From the NCBI GenBank assembly GCA_036005065.1, contig DASYQW010000062.1:569-64568 (forward strand): a stretch of DNA of 64,000 nt, given 5' to 3'. Below the pieces are notes generated by a model. The model did no database searches. It worked only from the letters and a program-made list of their open reading frames with translations, and was not told where the DNA came from. Within the stretch, counting starts at the first letter, position 1; every line of letters begins with the position of its first letter. The translations under genes were made by a program, and so were the position numbers. Source of the stretch: Candidatus Methylomirabilota bacterium. GTDB lineage: Bacteria > Methylomirabilota > Methylomirabilia > Rokubacteriales > DASRDR01. This document shows positions 44,807 through 53,099 of the stretch, piece by piece.

Positions 44807-46090
44807 TCAGTTGAAGAGGCGCGGGAGGAACGTGACGAGCGTGGGCACGTAGGTGATCAGCAGAAGCACGACGATCATGATCAACAACTGTGGCGCCAAG
44901 GGACGAAGCACCGTCGTGACCGACCGGCCCGACAGCCCGCACGCCACGAACAGGGTCACCGCGACGGGCGGCGTGACCATGCCGATGCAGAGTCCCACGA
45001 CGAGCACAACCCCGAAGTGGACGGGATCCAGTCCCAGGTCCTGCACGACGGGCATCAGGATCGGCGTGATGATCAGCAGGGTCGCGGTGCTCTCGAGCGA
45101 GGTGCCGGCGATCAACACCAGGACATTGATCAGTAGCAGAGTGACCGCCGTACTGGAGGAGATGGACAGGAGCATCCGGGTGAAGGCCTGGGGGATCTCC
45201 TCACTCGTCATGACCCAGCCGAACAACCCCGAGATCGCCACGATGAACATCACCATGGCGGCGACGGTGGCCGCTCGGCGCAGGATCGCGGGCAGGTCGC
45301 GAACTCTGAGCTCACGGTAAAGGACCAACTCGACGAAGAGCCCATAGAACACGGCGACCGCGGCGGCCTCGGTCGGCGTGAACACGCCGCCGAGGATCCC
45401 GGCCATGATGATCAGCACCAGCCCCAGCGCGGGGAGCGCCCGGATCCCGGTCCGGACCACATGGCGGAGGCTTGCGGCTTGGTCACCCCGATAGGCCGCG
45501 CCCCCGGTCCGCGCGTACAGGTACGTCACGAGCATGAGCGACAACCCGATCAGGATTCCGGGGATCACGCCGCCCAGGAACAGCGCCCCCACGGACACGC
45601 CGCTCAGATAGCCGAAGATCACCATCAGGACGCTCGGGGGAATGATGGGCCCCATCGTGCCGGCCGACGCCTGGATCGCGGTGGCGAAATCCGGGTCGTA
45701 CCCCTTCCGGATCATGGCCGGGATCATGAGCGAGCCGACGGCCGCCGTGTCCGCGGTGGCCGAGCCCGAGATGCCGGAGAATAGCATGGACGACAAGACC
45801 GTGACGTGGGCCAGGCTGCCCCGGATGTGGCCTACGAGTGCCGACGAGAACTCGACGATCCGCCGGGCGGATCCTCCGACGGTCATCAGCTCACCCGTGA
45901 GCATGAACAATGGCGCCGCGAGCAGCGGGAAGCTGTCGAGCGCCACGACCATCCGCTGGGCAGCCAGGGTCATCGGCAGGTCGCCGATGTAGAGCATCCC
46001 GGCGACGGACGCCACCCCGAGGGCAAAGCCGATCGGCATGTTGAGCACGACGAGGGTGAACATCCCACCAAAGAGAATCAGCCCGATCAT
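44807..46090 (-). CDS. TRAP transporter large permease (DctM)
   Basis: LLAAPLFMLTG, GISGSATAD, IIPPS, GVFTPTEAA, TPPV. Confidence 0.93.
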   Translation of the reverse strand: MIGLILFGGMFTLVVLNMPIGFALGVASVAGMLYIGDLPMTLAAQRMVVALDSFPLLAAPLFMLTGELMTVGGSARRIVEFSSALVGHIRGSLAHVTVLSSMLFSGISGSATADTAAVGSLMIPAMIRKGYDPDFATAIQASAGTMGPIIPPSVLMVIFGYLSGVSVGALFLGGVIPGILIGLSLMLVTYLYARTGGAAYRGDQAASLRHVVRTGIRALPALGLVLIIMAGILGGVFTPTEAAAVAVFYGLFVELVLYRELRVRDLPAILRRAATVAAMVMFIVAISGLFGWVMTSEEIPQAFTRMLLSISSSTAVTLLLINVLVLIAGTSLESTATLLIITPILMPVVQDLGLDPVHFGVVLVVGLCIGMVTPPVAVTLFVACGLSGRSVTTVLRPLAPQLLIMIVVLLLITYVPTLVTFLPRLFN

Positions 46091-46117
46091 CGCGCCTGTC
46101 TCGGGTGTGACGCGGGC

Positions 46118-46633
46118 CTAGGCGTGTGGAGCCCGGCGCTCACCGGGACCCGTCGGTTCCCCGGCAAGGCTCTGGCCGCCCAGGGCCTGAATGCCGATCT
46201 CCAGGAGCATCAGCCCCGCACCGAGGGGCACCGCGGCGTAGACGTAGCTCATGGGCATGCCGAGGGCCGGCGATGCCTGCGCGTGGGTCACTCGGGTGAG
46301 CTCGATCCCGCCGATGAACAGCACGCCGAGGAGCACGCCCATCGCGACCAGGACGCCGACTCCAACCGCCCGGCCGAGGGACGCCGGCACATACTGCATG
46401 AAGAGGTCCACCCCGAGATGGCCGCGCTCCCTCAGACACGTTTCCGCCCCCAGCAGCGACAGCCAGACGAAGCTGAAGCGAGACACCTCCTCGGACCAGG
46501 CGAGCGGGAGGTTGAAGAAGTACCGCGTGATGACGCCGACGAAGATCACCGAGGCAAACAACGCCAGCAGAAGCCGCACGAGTCCGTCCACGGCCACGTC
46601 CACCCGGCGCTTGACGCGAAGCAGGGCCTCCAC
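46118..46633 (-). CDS. TRAP transporter small permease (DctQ)
   Basis: RYFFNLPLAWSEEVSRF, HLGVD, four TM segments. Confidence 0.9.
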   Translation of the reverse strand: MEALLRVKRRVDVAVDGLVRLLLALFASVIFVGVITRYFFNLPLAWSEEVSRFSFVWLSLLGAETCLRERGHLGVDLFMQYVPASLGRAVGVGVLVAMGVLLGVLFIGGIELTRVTHAQASPALGMPMSYVYAAVPLGAGLMLLEIGIQALGGQSLAGEPTGPGERRAPHA

Positions 46634-46690
46634 AATCCTCCCTCCACCGGACGCCCGCGTCGCGTGGCGCGCGGCGCGGAATGGCGATCC

Positions 46691-47707
46691 TTACTTCGTC
46701 TCGAGCACCGCCTGGATCTTGTCCTTTCCGACCTTGTCCTCGTATTCCTTCCAGACCGCCGCCATGGCGCGCGTGAACTTCTCTCGCTCGGCCGCGCTCA
46801 CCGTATAGACCTGGACGCCTTCCTTCTTCAGGTCGTCGATGATCCGCTGATCGAGCTCGCGCTGAGCCCGCCGCTGAGACGGGGTGGCCTCATCGGCCGC
46901 TTCCTGGAGCGCCCGCTGCAGGTCAGGGCTGAGCGCGCTGTAGAACTTCTCGCTCACCAGGAGCTCCACCGTCAGCTTGAAGAGCGGGAGCAGCGTCAGG
47001 TGCTTCGCGACCTCGTAGTGCTTCAACTGCTTGTAGAAGACGGGCGGGCTGTCACCCCCGTCCACGACGCCCTGCTGGAGCGCGGAGTACTGCTCGGCCG
47101 AGCTCATCGGCACGCCCCGGGCGCCGAGCGCCGTGTAGATCGAGATGTGCATGGGACTTTCCATCGTCCGGAACTTCATCCCCTTGATGTCGTCCAGGCT
47201 CTTGATCGGCCGCCGGGCGTAGGGGCCGCGCCATCCCCCGTCCCAGTACGCCAACGGCCGCAGGCCCTTGCCGGTCAGCTCGTCACGGAGCCCCTTGCCG
47301 AGCGGCCCCCCGACGACTTTGTCCCAGTGGTCGTCGTCGCGGAAGATGAACGGCAGGTCGAAGAGCAACACGCGAGGCGCGTACCGGCTGAGCGGCGCAT
47401 TGGCCGTCACCGCCATCTGCAGGGTGCCGAGCTGCAGGCCTTCGGCGAGGTCGCGCTCGTTTCCGAGCTGACTGTTGGGGAAGATCTTGACCTCGATGCG
47501 TCCCTTGCTCTTCTCGGCCACCTTCTGGGCAAACTCCGCGGCGCCGAGGTGATACGGGTTTTCGACCGGCACGACGTGCCCCAGCTTGATCACGATCTTC
47601 TCCGCGGCTGAGCTCACGCCGGGAGGCGACACTGCCCAGAAGACCAGGATGCTGAGGCCAAGGAGTCCCGCTGGCCACTTTTTCGGTCGATGCCGCACGT
47701 TCCCCAT
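46691..47707 (-). CDS. TRAP transporter substrate-binding protein (DctP)
   Basis: IFPNSQLGNERD, DIKGMKFR, LQQGVVDG. GGAGGG SD. Confidence 0.92.
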   Translation of the reverse strand: MGNVRHRPKKWPAGLLGLSILVFWAVSPPGVSSAAEKIVIKLGHVVPVENPYHLGAAEFAQKVAEKSKGRIEVKIFPNSQLGNERDLAEGLQLGTLQMAVTANAPLSRYAPRVLLFDLPFIFRDDDHWDKVVGGPLGKGLRDELTGKGLRPLAYWDGGWRGPYARRPIKSLDDIKGMKFRTMESPMHISIYTALGARGVPMSSAEQYSALQQGVVDGGDSPPVFYKQLKHYEVAKHLTLLPLFKLTVELLVSEKFYSALSPDLQRALQEAADEATPSQRRAQRELDQRIIDDLKKEGVQVYTVSAAEREKFTRAMAAVWKEYEDKVGKDKIQAVLETK

Positions 47708-47784
47708 GCCACCCTCCACGTCAGAGATGCTGGTTGAGACTGCTACTCGGGCGCTACACGGTCGATCGCCAAGTCCCGGACCTT

Positions 47785-48645
47785 TCAGGTCTTCAGGCCG
47801 AGCCGCCGGGCGAGGTTGCCGCCGAGGACGAGGGCTCGTTCGTCGGGGTCGGCAAAGATGCTCTCCACGATCGCGTGCTTCACCGCCGGTGACGCGAACG
47901 GGCAATCGCTCCCGGCGACGAACCGGGCTGCCCCGTAACACTCGTGGGCTTCCTTGACGGTCGCCCACTCAGGACACGCCGTAAGGTCCAGTAACACGTT
48001 CGGGTACGGCCCCACCACGTGGGCGACGGTCTTCCCTCCCCAGATATACCCGGCGTGCGCCATCAGGAAGAGCAGCTCCGGAAAGTCCTTCGCCAAGTCA
48101 GCGATCGCCTCCGGCGTGTTGTACGTCGAATCCGCCGCGCCATGGACGACGATCGCCAGCGGCGTTCCCGTCTGGCTTTGGAGGCTCGTGAGCTTCTCCA
48201 TGATCTGCCGCACGGTCCAGTGGTTGACGGGGTATCCGTGCTCGCGCGGATGCATCTTGATGCCCCGCAGGCCGAGGGTCTGGATGATCCGTTCGCACTC
48301 CTCGAGGGCGATGTTGCGCGTGACCCGATCGAACGCCTGGCCCCGTCGATCCCAGGGATAGCTGTAGGCCCGCGGCGGCTGGAGCCACGGGTTGATGGTT
48401 CCGAGACCGACCACACGACCGGGGAACATCCGCTGGATCCTGGCGACGTAATCATTCCCGATGTAGGGGTTCCAGTCCGGCGAGCGGTGGCAGGCACCCT
48501 GGTTCACCTGAAAGACGAACTGGATGTCGATGCCGCCTCGATCCATCCAGGGGATGAGCTCCTCCTCGGCGATGAACGTGCACGTGGAGCTCACGCCGAT
48601 GTGGCCGTGGCTGTCGATCACCGGCCAACCGCTTGCGGAGGGCAT
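47785..48645 (-). CDS. Amidohydrolase_2 family protein
   Basis: IDSHGH, GIKMHP, VVHG, AHAG, GSDCPF. Confidence 0.85.
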   Translation of the reverse strand: MPSASGWPVIDSHGHIGVSSTCTFIAEEELIPWMDRGGIDIQFVFQVNQGACHRSPDWNPYIGNDYVARIQRMFPGRVVGLGTINPWLQPPRAYSYPWDRRGQAFDRVTRNIALEECERIIQTLGLRGIKMHPREHGYPVNHWTVRQIMEKLTSLQSQTGTPLAIVVHGAADSTYNTPEAIADLAKDFPELLFLMAHAGYIWGGKTVAHVVGPYPNVLLDLTACPEWATVKEAHECYGAARFVAGSDCPFASPAVKHAIVESIFADPDERALVLGGNLARRLGLKT

Positions 48646-49338
48646 TCAGGCTTGCTCCCGCGGCCGCCCGCCGCCCGGGCGCGTGAGGAACGCCAGGATG
48701 TACCCTTTCGACGTGGCCAGATGAGCGCGGAGCAGCCGGGTCGTCTTCTCGGGATCCCGCCTCGTCACCGCCGCCAGGATCGCCTGGTGTTCCTTGTGGG
48801 CGGCGGGACCCCGTTCCCGCGGCAGCTCACTGATGCGGAGCTTCATGATGATCCGGTCGAAGATCTGCTCGAGCATGCGGAGGAGCAATTGGTTGCCGGC
48901 CAGAGCCACGAGACTGAGATGGAGCCTCTTGTCTTCCAGGAACCGATCCCGCTCGGGCTTGTCGACCGCACGGCCGTAGTTTTCGGTCGCCTGGCTCAGC
49001 GCCCTGAGGTCTGCCTCGCTCGCGCGCGGGATCCCGACGGTCACGGCGTAGGTTTCGATCGCCTCGCGCGCCTCGAAGAGCTCTCGGGCTTCGTCGGCCG
49101 TGATCTCGGCCACGAAATAACCCCGATTGGGCTGATGCACGACGAAACCTTCCCGCTCGAGCTTGAACAGGGCCTCGCGAAGGGGGGTCAGGCTCACTTC
49201 GAGCTTCTCGGCCACCTCGACCAAACCCAGCTTCTGGCCCGGCTCCAGCTCATGGTGGGTGATGAGCCGCCTCAGCCGGCCGTACACCTGGCCGGCCAGG
49301 CTCAATCGCTTGACCCGAGGGATTTGGAGGGCGATCAC
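48646..49338 (-). CDS. GntR family (FCD-type) transcriptional regulator
   Basis: LEVSLTPLREALFKLEREG HTH, followed by an FCD domain with conserved His residues. Confidence 0.92.
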   Translation of the reverse strand: MIALQIPRVKRLSLAGQVYGRLRRLITHHELEPGQKLGLVEVAEKLEVSLTPLREALFKLEREGFVVHQPNRGYFVAEITADEARELFEAREAIETYAVTVGIPRASEADLRALSQATENYGRAVDKPERDRFLEDKRLHLSLVALAGNQLLLRMLEQIFDRIIMKLRISELPRERGPAAHKEHQAILAAVTRRDPEKTTRLLRAHLATSKGYILAFLTRPGGGRPREQA

Positions 49339-49344
49339 GGCGGC

Positions 49345-49373
49345 ACTTTATCTTTTATCAAATCTTGGGTCAA
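49345..49373 (-). promoter_or_regulatory. Leaderless-type sigma70 promoter of gntR
   Basis: TTGACC-N17-TAAAGT, then 6 nt to the GTG at 49338 with no SD. The spacer carries two GATAA repeats. Confidence 0.7.
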
Positions 49374-49445
49374 GGGCCCCTGCCGGCCGGGCGCCCACCG
49401 GCTCGAGGTCCGCCGGCGAGGGTGGTCACTCGCGCATCGCGCCTC

Positions 49446-49497
49446 GAGCCACGAAAGGGCTCCTCTTTCCTCCTGAAGTGCGTTATTTTCCTCTGGG
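49446..49497 (+). promoter_or_regulatory. Upstream element of livH, second copy of the 43508 element
   Basis: GAGCCACGAAAGGGCTCCTCTTTCCTCCTGAAGTGCGTTATTTTCCTCTGGG. Confidence 0.6.
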
Positions 49498-49557
49498 ACC
49501 GGTCGCCGCGCCAGGCCCGGTTCGTCCGCGGCGCCCGGTGACAGGGAGCGTTTCAGC

Positions 49558-50433
49558 ATGACGGACGTCCTCCAGCTCTTCGTGGCCGGTGTCTCCATCG
49601 GCGCCATTTATGCCCTGGCGGCGATCGGCTTCGTGCTCCTGTGGCAGACCTCCAACACCATCAACTTCGCCCAGGGCGAGTTCGTCGTGCTCCCGGCATT
49701 CGTGATGGTCCTGTTCCTGACCGTGTTCCGCCTGCCCTTCGCCGCCGCGTTCGTGGCCACGCTGCTCGTGTCGACCCTGCTTCTCGGCCTGCTGGTCAAG
49801 AAGGTGCTGGTGGACCGGCTGCTCCGGGCCGGGGTCTTGCCTCTGGTGATCGCCACCATCGGCCTGAGCATGCTGATCCGCTACTCGCTCCAGCAGTTCT
49901 GGACCCCGCTGGCCTTGCCGTTCCCGGCGATCTTCTCCCGGGTGCCGATCCGCCTGGGCGGCGTGATCGTCTCCCCCGAGGAGCTGATGAACGTCCTCAC
50001 CGCCGCCCTCGTCATCGGGGCCCTGCAGCTCTTCATCCGGCGGACGAAGCTGGGGTGGGCCATGCAGGCCGTGGCCCAGAACCGGGGCCTCGCGTCGGTG
50101 CTGGGGATCAATGTCTCCCGGCTGGTGGCCTTGACCTTCATGCTGAACGCGGCGCTGACCGCGGTGGCGGCGATCCTGATCGCCCCCGTCTATCTCGTGA
50201 AGTACGACCTCGGCATCGGGCTCGGCCTGAAGGCGTTCTACGCGGCGATCATCGGCGGCTTCAACCAGATCCGGGGCGCGCTGCTGGGCGGGCTGCTGGT
50301 GGGGCTGGTCGAGACCTATTCGGCGGCCTACATCTCGAACCAGTTCCGCGACGCCTTCGCCCTCGTCATCCTGATCGGCGTCCTCCTGTTCAAGCCCGAG
50401 GGGCTCTGGGGCGTCCGGGAAGAGTGGGCGTAG
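49558..50433 (+). CDS. Branched-chain amino acid ABC permease (LivH-like)
   Basis: INFAQGE, TKLGWAMQAVAQN, AAIIGG. Confidence 0.92.
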   Translation: MTDVLQLFVAGVSIGAIYALAAIGFVLLWQTSNTINFAQGEFVVLPAFVMVLFLTVFRLPFAAAFVATLLVSTLLLGLLVKKVLVDRLLRAGVLPLVIATIGLSMLIRYSLQQFWTPLALPFPAIFSRVPIRLGGVIVSPEELMNVLTAALVIGALQLFIRRTKLGWAMQAVAQNRGLASVLGINVSRLVALTFMLNAALTAVAAILIAPVYLVKYDLGIGLGLKAFYAAIIGGFNQIRGALLGGLLVGLVETYSAAYISNQFRDAFALVILIGVLLFKPEGLWGVREEWA

Positions 50434-50446
50434 GCCGGCATCGCGC

Positions 50447-51442
50447 ATGCGGGCCTGGCGGACGCTGGGGGTCCTGGCGGGAGCGGCGGTCCTCCTGCTG
50501 GTCCCGCTGGCGCTCGAGCAGTACAAGCTCTACCTGGCCAGCCTGACGCTGGTCTACCTGATCATGGCGATCGGCCTGAACCTGACCCTGGGCTACGCGG
50601 GACAGATCTCCCTGGCCCACGCGGCGTTCATGTCCTTCGGGGCCTACGCGGTGGCGATCCTCGGCCCCCTGGGCGTGCCGTTCGAGGCCGGCCTCCTCGC
50701 CGGCGCCCTCATCGCGTTCTTCTGGGGATGCCTGCTCGGGTTCCCGGCCCTCAAGGTCAAGCACCACTACCTGGCCATGGTGACCCTGGGCTTCAACATC
50801 ATCGTGTTCCTGGTGCTCCGGAACTGGGAGTCGCTCAGCAGCGGCTCCTTCGGGATCTCGGGAATCGCGCGACCCCGATGGGGCCCCGTCGGGTTCCAGT
50901 CGGACCGCGCGTACTACTACTACATCCTGGGCTGGACCCTGCTGGTGGTCGCCTCGGCCCACTGGATCCTTCACTCCCGGTGGGGGCGGGCCTTCCGGGC
51001 CATCCGGGAGAACGAGATGCGGGCCCAGGTGGTCGGCGTGAGTCTGCGGAACTACAAGGTCATGGCCTTCGCCATCGGCTCGGCCTACGCCGGGGTCGGC
51101 GGTGCGTTGTTCGCCCCGTTGCTCGGCTACATCGACCCCGGAGCCTTTAGCCTGGACCGGTCCATCCAGTTCCTGATGATGGTGGTCATGGGTGGGCTGG
51201 GGCGCTTCGAGGGGCCGTTCATCGGGGCGGCCGTGGTGACCCTCCTGCCCGAGGCGCTCCGGGCCTCCGAGGGGCTCTACCTCATCATCTTCTCGCTGTC
51301 GGTCATCCTCATGATGCTCTTCATGCCGAGAGGGCTGGTCGGCGTCTGGGACTGGCTGATCGCGAGGGTGACGCGCCGGGGGCTCGGTCCGGCCCACCCG
51401 CCGGCCCCGCCGGAGCCGGCCACGATCGTCGAGCCGAAGTAA
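50447..51442 (+). CDS. Branched-chain amino acid ABC permease (LivM-like)
   Basis: GYAGQISLAHAAF, SRWGRAFRAIRENE, MVVMGGLG. Confidence 0.92.
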   Translation: MRAWRTLGVLAGAAVLLLVPLALEQYKLYLASLTLVYLIMAIGLNLTLGYAGQISLAHAAFMSFGAYAVAILGPLGVPFEAGLLAGALIAFFWGCLLGFPALKVKHHYLAMVTLGFNIIVFLVLRNWESLSSGSFGISGIARPRWGPVGFQSDRAYYYYILGWTLLVVASAHWILHSRWGRAFRAIRENEMRAQVVGVSLRNYKVMAFAIGSAYAGVGGALFAPLLGYIDPGAFSLDRSIQFLMMVVMGGLGRFEGPFIGAAVVTLLPEALRASEGLYLIIFSLSVILMMLFMPRGLVGVWDWLIARVTRRGLGPAHPPAPPEPATIVEPK

Positions 51443-51463
51443 TCGCGGACCGGAGCCAACACG

Positions 51464-52201
51464 GTGTCGCTTCTGGAGATCGACCAGCTCAGCAAGAGCT
51501 TCTTCCATCTGTCGGCGCTCAGCCTGGTGAGCCTCAGCGTCGAGCCGGGTGATCTCCTGGGGGTGATCGGGCCGAACGGTTCCGGCAAGACCACCCTCTT
51601 CAACTGCGTGACCGGGGTCCTGCGCCCCTCGGCGGGCCAGGTGCGCTTCAAGGGCGAGGACATCACCCGGCTCAGGGCCGACGCCGTGTGCCATCGGGGG
51701 ATCTCCCGCACCTTTCAGCTCATCCAGCTCTTCCCGGAGATGACCGTGCTGGAGAATCTGCTCATGGCGGCGCAGGAACAGAAGGGGACGCTGTGGAGCC
51801 GCCTGATCAGGCGGGACGAGAGGGAGGAGCGGGACCGGGCGCTCGGCCTGGTGGACTACCTGGGGCTCTCCGGGGTCAAGGACCAGATGGCGGCGAACCT
51901 CTCCTACGGGCAGCAGAAGCTCCTGGACTTCGGGATGGCGTTGATGCCCGACCCGCCGCTGATCCTGCTCGACGAGCCCATGGCCGGGGTGAATCCTACC
52001 ATGATCCAGGCCCTGGTCAGCCACATCCGGGATCTGAACCGCCGGGGATATACCTTCGTCGTCATCGAGCACAACATGGAAGTGGTGATGGCGCTCTGCC
52101 GCCGCATCGTGGTCCTCTGCCAGGGCGAGAAGATCGCGGAGGGCACACCGGCGGAGATCCATGACAACCCGGCCGTCATGGATGCCTACTTCGGGCGCTA
52201 G
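51464..52201 (+). CDS. Branched-chain amino acid ABC ATPase (LivG-like)
   Basis: GPNGSGKT, LSYGQQK, LLDEP, IEHNM. Confidence 0.93.
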   Translation: MSLLEIDQLSKSFFHLSALSLVSLSVEPGDLLGVIGPNGSGKTTLFNCVTGVLRPSAGQVRFKGEDITRLRADAVCHRGISRTFQLIQLFPEMTVLENLLMAAQEQKGTLWSRLIRRDEREERDRALGLVDYLGLSGVKDQMAANLSYGQQKLLDFGMALMPDPPLILLDEPMAGVNPTMIQALVSHIRDLNRRGYTFVVIEHNMEVVMALCRRIVVLCQGEKIAEGTPAEIHDNPAVMDAYFGR

Positions 52202-52226
52202 GGCCGTGGCCCGACCAGGCGGCTAG

Positions 52227-52937
52227 ATGGCGCTGCTGGAGGTGCGCGACCTCCACGCCGGCTACGGCAAGATGGAGATCCTCCACGGCGTCAGTCTCGC
52301 GGTGGAGGCGGGACAGGTCGTCTCCATCATCGGGCCCAACGGGGCCGGCAAGTCCACGGTCTTCAGGACCGTCTTCGGGCTGCTGCCGGCGCGGCGGGGG
52401 CGCGTGCTGTTCGCGGGGGCCGAGGTGACGAATCGCCCCCCCGAGGCGCTCCTCCGCCAGGGGATGGCCTTCGTGCCCCAGGGACGCAACGTCTTTCCCC
52501 TGATGACGGTGGAACAGAATCTCCTCCTGGGCGCCTACATCCGCCGGCGCTCGCCCGAGCTCCTGGACGCGGTCGAGCGGGTGTACGGGACCTTCCCCGT
52601 CCTGCGCGAGAGGCGGAAGGCGCGGGCGGGAGACCTGTCCGGCGGCCAGCAGCAGATGCTGGAGATGGGCCGGGCACTCCTGCTCCAGCCCAAGCTGATC
52701 CTCCTCGACGAGCCGACCCTGGGCCTGGCGCCGCTGGTGTTCAGGGAAATCTTCCGGATCATCGAAGGCCTGCGGCGAGAGGGCCAGACCATCCTCATGG
52801 TGGAGCAGAACGCGGCCAAGGCGCTGGAGATCTCGGACTACGCCTACGTCCTGGAGCTGGGACGAAACCGCTACGAGGGGTCGGGGGAGGCCATCCGGAA
52901 CGACGAGCGGGTGAAGCGCCTCTACCTGGGGCGCTGA
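52227..52937 (+). CDS. Branched-chain amino acid ABC ATPase (LivF-like)
   Basis: GPNGAGKS, LSGGQQQM, LLDEP, VEQN. Confidence 0.93.
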   Translation: MALLEVRDLHAGYGKMEILHGVSLAVEAGQVVSIIGPNGAGKSTVFRTVFGLLPARRGRVLFAGAEVTNRPPEALLRQGMAFVPQGRNVFPLMTVEQNLLLGAYIRRRSPELLDAVERVYGTFPVLRERRKARAGDLSGGQQQMLEMGRALLLQPKLILLDEPTLGLAPLVFREIFRIIEGLRREGQTILMVEQNAAKALEISDYAYVLELGRNRYEGSGEAIRNDERVKRLYLGR

Positions 52938-52942
52938 GAAGG

Positions 52943-53014
52943 TCGGAGGGGGTGTCGGAACACTCCCTCCGGGACCCCAAGGATCGTCGCGGCGGCGAAG
53001 CCGCCGCTCGGAGC
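52943..53014 (+). repeat. Composite hairpin repeat, copy 3
   Basis: 52943-52972 is TCGGAGGGGGTGT-CGGA-ACACTCCCTCCGG. 52989-53014 is identical to 28492-28517 (26/26). Confidence 0.85.
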
Positions 53015-53099
53015 GGAAGATCCGGCGGCGGAGTGGTAAGGGTAAGCTCGAGAGCCACAACCGGCGCATTCCTTCGCAGGCGCTGAGGGGACATTCGTC

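Noticed and set aside
13158-53014. Hairpin repeats as a CRISPR array or integron attC sites
   Set aside because: Copies are kilobases apart with no regular spacers and no cas genes. I see no RYYYAAC/GTTRRRY core sites, no integrase, and flanking genes are ordinary operon members.
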